Virus record (IMG/VR): IMGVR_UViG_3300015050_000363
Span: 1 to 37,213 of that record
From: a virus
Lineage: Duplodnaviria > Caudoviricetes
Strand: one strand, 5' to 3'
DNA length: 37,213 nucleotides
The position numbers were made by a program, and so were the translations under genes. The notes below the pieces were generated by a model that had not been told where the DNA came from, made no database searches, and saw only the letters and a program-made list of their open reading frames with translations. This document shows positions 32,690 to 37,213 of the stretch, in pieces. Numbering within the stretch: the stretch's first letter is position 1; the number at the start of each line of letters is the position of its first letter.

Positions 32690-34879
32690 ATGGCCGCATT
32701 TGACCCGGACGCATACCTAGCGCAAAAAGCGCCGGCGGCCTTTGACCCGGATGCGTATCTGGCTGCTGCTCCTGCGGCAGCGCAGGCTCAAATCCCTGGC
32801 ACGGGCGGGCGTTACGCTGCGCCGCCCGCTGAAATTCCGATGGGCCGCCGCGCTATTGAGTTCGTGCGCCCGACCGTTGAGGCGCTGGGCGCTACCGGCG
32901 GCGGCGTGCTGGGCGCTCCGCTGGGGCCAGCAGGCATAGTCGGCGGCGCGGGGCTGGGGTATGGTCTTGCCAAGGGCGGTCTTGATATTGCTGAACAGGC
33001 GCTTGGGTATCAGCGTGCGCCGGCCAGCGCCAAAGAGGCGTTGATGCGCGGCGCAGAAGATGTGCTGACCGGCGCAACGATGGAAGCCGCAGGCCGAGGC
33101 GTGATCGCGCCTGCGGCTAAAAAGGCCGGCGAGTACCTCGGCAAAGTCGCCAACATCAAGTTTGACACCTACCTCAAGGCGTTGGACGGCAAGGGCGACG
33201 ACATTCTTGAGACCCTGCGCGGAGCTCGGGCAGCAGTGCCTGGCGCAGCGCCGGGGGCGGGTGAGGTAGCGGCACCCGCAGGCAGCGTTCGATTCTCGAT
33301 GCTGCAATCTAAGGCTCAGAAAGTGCCCGCGATGGCGTCAGAATTTGCTGCCGCCGAGGCGCAGACTGCCGCTGCGCAGGCCGCGCAACAGACGCGGGCG
33401 CAGGCTAAGTTTGACACTGCTGCGGCCAAAGTTCAGTCTAAGATGAACTCAGCGCTGTCGCCTATGCGACCAGAGGACGCAGGCGCGGCGTTGGTGGCCG
33501 GCGCAGAGGCAAAGCGTGAGGCGGTTAAAAAGGGCGTCATCGAGCCTGCGTACAACTTGGCGTTTAAGGAAGCCGGCGACACCAAGATCGACATGTCGAA
33601 AGTTGTCGCGGAGGCCGAACAGATCCTTGGCCGTAAGCTGTCTGACTTTGACCCTAGCACTGCGCCAGAAACGGTTCGCAAGCTGTTGGCCTTGCAGGCT
33701 AAGGCGCCTGCGGCCAAACCTCTTGGTGCGGGCCTTGTCGCAGGCAAGATCAAGCAGGCCGCGCCGCCCGCCGTCGCGCCTGAAGTTACGCTGCAACAGC
33801 TAGACGACATCCGCAAGGCGGTCAACGTAGACATTGCTGCTGGGCGCACGTCTATGGACCCCGGCGCCGGTATGCGTCTGCGCAGTCTAGGTAAGATTCA
33901 CACGGCGATTGATGACGCAGTGGAATCTTCTACCACGTTGCCCGACGCGGCTAAGGCGGCGTACAACGACGCGCTTAACTTGTACCGCACCGAGTACGTT
34001 CCTAAGTTCAAGACGGGCGTCAACGATCAGTTGTTTCGCGCTACGGGGCTGAACGAGCCGAAGATCAAACCCGAAGACGTCATCACTAAGTACTTCCAAC
34101 CTCGCGGCGTCAGCGAGGCGCGTAATTTTGTGACGTTGTTCGGGCAAGACCCGAAGGCGATGCAGACAGCGCGGGCGGGGATCGAAGACCTGTACATGCG
34201 CGAGGTCAAGGTCCCCACGCCCGAGGCGCACGCGGCGTTCCTGCAAAAGTACGCGGACCCCATCAAGGTCTTGGACGACGCCGGCATGAACGTGTTGCAG
34301 CGCGTCAACGTGGTGGGCCAGAACGCAGCAAGGCTACAAAAGATTGATGAGCTGGCGAAGCGTACCAACGTCAAACTGGCGCCCCCGCTACCGCCAGGCG
34401 CTACCGCCGACGCAGTGGAGCGGCGACTGGCCGCGCTGACCAAAGGATTACCGCCGCAAGCCATGTCGCACGTTAACGCAGTGCAGCAAGACCTTATCCG
34501 CCGGGGCGAGTATGATCGGCTGGTCAAGGCGGGTTCGGACGCAGGCATTAACATCAAGCAAATCGGCACCCAGACGGGCCGTGAATTGGGTGTACCATTG
34601 CCGGCGTTCTTGAGCGTGCCTCTGACTGTGTTTAACAGCGTAGCCAAAAGACTTATGCTTAGACTGGACGATAAGTTGGCGATGGAAATCGCACGCGAAA
34701 TGACCGACCCGGCGCTGGCCGCCAAGGCGGTTCAGCAGTCGATGAATTTGCAGGCGCAGCGCCAAGCGGGTGCGGCCACTAGCGCCGCCACACGCCAAGC
34801 TCTGACGCGAGGCGCTGTCATCGGCGGTGCCAACATGTTGGCCCCCGAATCCGAATCCGTTAACGCACTTGCACCATGA
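32690..34879 (+). CDS. Large DNA ejection protein (gp16 position)
   Basis: Synteny; Gly-zipper hydrophobic segment near the N-terminus; Ala-rich helices. Confidence 0.72.
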   Translation: MAAFDPDAYLAQKAPAAFDPDAYLAAAPAAAQAQIPGTGGRYAAPPAEIPMGRRAIEFVRPTVEALGATGGGVLGAPLGPAGIVGGAGLGYGLAKGGLDIAEQALGYQRAPASAKEALMRGAEDVLTGATMEAAGRGVIAPAAKKAGEYLGKVANIKFDTYLKALDGKGDDILETLRGARAAVPGAAPGAGEVAAPAGSVRFSMLQSKAQKVPAMASEFAAAEAQTAAAQAAQQTRAQAKFDTAAAKVQSKMNSALSPMRPEDAGAALVAGAEAKREAVKKGVIEPAYNLAFKEAGDTKIDMSKVVAEAEQILGRKLSDFDPSTAPETVRKLLALQAKAPAAKPLGAGLVAGKIKQAAPPAVAPEVTLQQLDDIRKAVNVDIAAGRTSMDPGAGMRLRSLGKIHTAIDDAVESSTTLPDAAKAAYNDALNLYRTEYVPKFKTGVNDQLFRATGLNEPKIKPEDVITKYFQPRGVSEARNFVTLFGQDPKAMQTARAGIEDLYMREVKVPTPEAHAAFLQKYADPIKVLDDAGMNVLQRVNVVGQNAARLQKIDELAKRTNVKLAPPLPPGATADAVERRLAALTKGLPPQAMSHVNAVQQDLIRRGEYDRLVKAGSDAGINIKQIGTQTGRELGVPLPAFLSVPLTVFNSVAKRLMLRLDDKLAMEIAREMTDPALAAKAVQQSMNLQAQRQAGAATSAATRQALTRGAVIGGANMLAPESESVNALAP

Positions 34880-35130
34880 CCGACGACGATTTCCGCCGCC
34901 TAGAAGGCAAGGTAGACAAGCTCACCGACGCCGTGACGCGGTTGATCTTGATCGAGGAGCGTCAGACGACGCAAGGCGAGCGCATCAACAAGTGCGAGAC
35001 GCAGATCGCCGTGCATGACTCTGCCATCGGCAAGGTTGACAAGGCGCTGCACATGTGGGTCAACCGCGGCATCGGCGTCTGGATGACCGTTGGCGCGGTG
35101 TTGGCTGTCATCCAATTCCTACGCGCTTAG
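34876..35130 (+). CDS. Coiled-coil protein with C-terminal TM helix (holin/antiholin-like)
   Basis: Heptad repeats then one TM helix; first gene of the lysis cassette. Confidence 0.6.
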   Translation: MTDDDFRRLEGKVDKLTDAVTRLILIEERQTTQGERINKCETQIAVHDSAIGKVDKALHMWVNRGIGVWMTVGAVLAVIQFLRA

Positions 35131-35137
35131 GACTGCC

Positions 35138-35371
35138 ATGCTGCCGCAACTGCCCCAAGACAAAGCGAACCATTTCATCTACGGCCTCGCCATCTTCCTT
35201 GTGGTGGGCTTCGCCATCGACGCCGTGACGGGCATGGCGGCGGCGGCGCTGTTCGGCGCGGCTAAGGAAGTCTATGACCGCGTGAGCAAGAAGGGTTGCC
35301 CCGAGGTTCTCGACTTCCTTGCCACTGCTGCCGGCGGCGTTGCGGGTTACCTCTGCACCTACATGCTATGA
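35138..35371 (+). CDS. VanZ/YfiM-like small membrane protein
   Basis: DK..H, KE..D and D..A...G motifs among three hydrophobic helices. Confidence 0.65.
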   Translation: MLPQLPQDKANHFIYGLAIFLVVGFAIDAVTGMAAAALFGAAKEVYDRVSKKGCPEVLDFLATAAGGVAGYLCTYML

Positions 35372-35841
35372 TTTTCGACCAGGCGTTCGAGGCGTTGCTG
35401 AAGCACGAGGGCGGCTTTAGCGACCATGCCGCTGATCCCGGAAAAGCAACTATGTACGGAGTTACCGAAGCCGTAGCCCACGAAGTTGGTTACCGTGGCG
35501 ACATGCAGGATTTGCCGCTCGATCTTGCTAAGCGCATCTACAAGGATAAGTATTGGGATTCGGTTAAGGCCGAGGAACTGCCGCCCGGTATCCGCTACGC
35601 CGTGTTCGATGCTGCTGTCAACAGCGGCCCGCGCCAGTCTGTGTTGTGGCTGCAACGGGCGCTGGGCGTCACCGCCGACGGCGTGATCGGCCCGCAGACG
35701 CTGACAGCGGCCAACCAGTTCTCTGCTGAGTCGCTGCGCCTGCGCATCCTGTCGCAGCGGCTGCGGTTCATGACGGCGCTGCCGACATGGGCGTCCTTTG
35801 GTCGCGGTTGGGCCAACCGAATTGCGGACCTGATGGCATGA
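35368..35841 (+). CDS. Endolysin, glycoside hydrolase family 108
   Basis: HEGG...DPG..T.YGVT, IY...YW, FDAAVNSG, LQRALG..ADG.IGP.T, FGRGW.NR. Confidence 0.93.
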   Translation: MIFDQAFEALLKHEGGFSDHAADPGKATMYGVTEAVAHEVGYRGDMQDLPLDLAKRIYKDKYWDSVKAEELPPGIRYAVFDAAVNSGPRQSVLWLQRALGVTADGVIGPQTLTAANQFSAESLRLRILSQRLRFMTALPTWASFGRGWANRIADLMA

Positions 35842-36242
35842 ACCCGCTACTGATCGGCCCGATCCTCGACATCGGCAAGTCGCTTCTGGACCGCTTCGGC
35901 CCTGAAGACAAGGGCGAGCGAGCCAAGGCCGACGCCGAGTTCATGCGCATGGCCGCTGAGGGTGAGCTGAAGCAGGTCATCGCCCAGCTTGAGATCAACG
36001 CTAAAGAGGCCGCGCACCCCAGCGTCTGGGTCTCGGGATGGCGCCCCTTCTTCGGCTGGGCGGGCGGCGCAGGGTTCATCTACGCCACGATCCTGCAACC
36101 CATGTTGGCCTGGTGGGCCAGCATCAAGGGCTGGCCTGTGCCCCCGATACTGAACCTTGATCTGCTCTGGGTCGTGGTGACCGGTATGCTGGGCATTGGC
36201 GGCCTGCGCAGCGTCGAGAAGATCAAGGGCGTGACCCGCTAG
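35838..36242 (+). CDS. Holin, 3TM (gene-transfer-agent type) family
   Basis: N..EA.H.S..VSGWRPF.GW and LG.GGLRS.EK motifs. Confidence 0.85.
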   Translation: MNPLLIGPILDIGKSLLDRFGPEDKGERAKADAEFMRMAAEGELKQVIAQLEINAKEAAHPSVWVSGWRPFFGWAGGAGFIYATILQPMLAWWASIKGWPVPPILNLDLLWVVVTGMLGIGGLRSVEKIKGVTR

Positions 36243-36379
36243 TCCATCTTGCGGAGCAGCTCGCGGTAGGCGGCCATAGCCGCTTTGAAGTCGTCTTGCG
36301 TCTGCTTTAGACGCTCGTAAACCTCCTCGGCAAACTTCGCCAGCGTCGCGTGGTCCCACGTCTCAAAGTCGGGTTTCAT
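36239..36379 (-). CDS. Hypothetical 46-aa protein (MKPDFETWDHATLAKFAEEVY...); not in ORF track
   Basis: Manual translation; ATGA-coupled; stop overlaps the holin stop in a shared CTAG. Confidence 0.75.
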   Translation of the reverse strand: MKPDFETWDHATLAKFAEEVYERLKQTQDDFKAAMAAYRELLRKMD

Positions 36380-36618
36380 GTCCGTGATCTTTCAGGCCAG
36401 TTGTCGGGGCGGGGCATCCATTTGATCATCAACTGCTGCCGGTCGCGCTCTCGTTTACGCGCATAGTGTTCGATGTTGCTGATCCGGTCGCACTCGTAGA
36501 CCGACCAAGACCAGTACTCGCCATCCCACCAGCGGTACTCAAACAAGCACTCAGTAGCACTCGCAGGCCACCACCCCATCGACGGCGGCGGGCCTTTTTT
36601 CCATTCACTTGTCGACAT
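36376..36618 (-). CDS. Trp-rich hypothetical protein (WKKGPPPSMGWWPAS...RWWDG..WS)
   Basis: Start at ATG 36618; operon overlaps. Confidence 0.75.
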   Translation of the reverse strand: MSTSEWKKGPPPSMGWWPASATECLFEYRWWDGEYWSWSVYECDRISNIEHYARKRERDRQQLMIKWMPRPDNWPERSRT

Positions 36619-36802
36619 ACTTCTCTCTGAGTTCATCTCTCTGTGCTGCGATGCAAGCGGGGCGGGCGCAGTAGTAACTGCAAGTGTGAATGTCCTTGTA
36701 GTACTCCTTGTCGAGCACATCACGCGCTTTCTTAACGCCCCCCCAGTCGCGGGTGACGTAGGCGTCCTTGATCAAGTCAAGGGCTTTCAATAGGTATGTC
36801 AT
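36605..36802 (-). CDS. Hypothetical protein with HTCSYYC.RP.C motif
   Basis: AAGGAG RBS; ATGA overlap. Confidence 0.75.
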   Translation of the reverse strand: MTYLLKALDLIKDAYVTRDWGGVKKARDVLDKEYYKDIHTCSYYCARPACIAAQRDELREKYVDK

Positions 36803-36990
36803 GTGTTCTCCTTTATTCCATGTGCCCGCTCGATGGCGCGGGCAAACTCCAACGCGGCCAGCGCCAGCACCGGCTGATGCCACATAGCAACAATAGACTC
36901 ATCCGTCAACGGCTTACGATCCGGCTCTGGCAGCGTGTACATATAGCTGATGTTTTCTTCATCGCGTGTGTATCCTGTTTCTTTAGTCAT
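36799..36990 (-). CDS. Hypothetical protein (PLTDE.I...FARAIERAHGI)
   Basis: Operon context; recurrent C-terminal module. Confidence 0.75.
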   Translation of the reverse strand: MTKETGYTRDEENISYMYTLPEPDRKPLTDESIVAMWHQPVLALAALEFARAIERAHGIKENT

Positions 36991-36993
36991 CTC

Positions 36994-37213
36994 TCAACCC
37001 TTTCCAAATCCAGATACATAGGGTTGCCCATGCGCTTCCATCCACTTGTCGCGGGCTGAGTTGTACCCGTCCAGCAATGCGTGAGCTTCATCCCAATACT
37101 TGTCGAGGTTGCTGTCGTTAGATAACACCATGCACTCCATCAGGATGGCGAAGCGGTGGCAGAAGTGGATGGCGGGGTCGTCGTTCTCAGGCTCTGCCAG
37201 CGCGGCGCGGAGG
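36994..37213 (-). CDS. 3' part of the junction-spanning hypothetical protein (...DKYWDEAHALL...GFGKG)
   Basis: Continuous frame from the ATG at 226. Confidence 0.8.
   Translation of the reverse strand, partial: LRAALAEPENDDPAIHFCHRFAILMECMVLSNDSNLDKYWDEAHALLDGYNSARDKWMEAHGQPYVSGFGKG
37092..37213. repeat. Terminal direct repeat, copy 2
   Basis: Identical to 1-122. Confidence 0.97.

Noticed and set aside
37092-37213. Biological direct terminal repeat
   Set aside because: It falls mid-gene and its length is typical of an assembler overlap
1-37213. Integrase, CI repressor, partition genes, tRNAs or alternative genetic code
   Set aside because: No recognisable motifs; all three stop codons end genes normally and core genes are intact

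Overview
The window is an apparently complete, circularly assembled dsDNA tailed phage genome of about 37.09 kb. Bases 1-122 are repeated at 37092-37213 and one ORF reads through the junction. Morphogenesis genes are P22-like (podovirus-type): TerS/TerL, portal, scaffold, coat, gp4/gp10-like tail proteins, needle, tailspike and three ejection proteins. The replication module is APSE-like: Cas4-like DUF2800 nuclease, SSB, family A polymerase, primase-helicase, VRR-NUC and SNF2 helicase. It also carries a C5 methyltransferase, two HNH-AP2 endonucleases, a holin/GH108 lysis cassette and many small leftward genes. I saw no integrase, CI-like repressor, tRNA, reverse transcriptase or CRISPR array. 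The host is probably beta/gammaproteobacterial (inference). Four signals stand out. (1) A perfect 20-bp LexA SOS-box consensus at 13645-13664 overlaps a candidate promoter that points into a structured repeat region, in a phage with no visible repressor. (2) A 13-aa motif is shared by a small adaptor ORF and an insertion loop of the tail hub, and may dock a lectin fibre in trans. (3) A structured RNA has a loop complementary to the RBS of an HNH gene and lies next to a compositionally swapped half of the polymerase. (4) A fossil tail-gene remnant follows the tailspike. All family calls come from motif recognition by eye; no searches were run.
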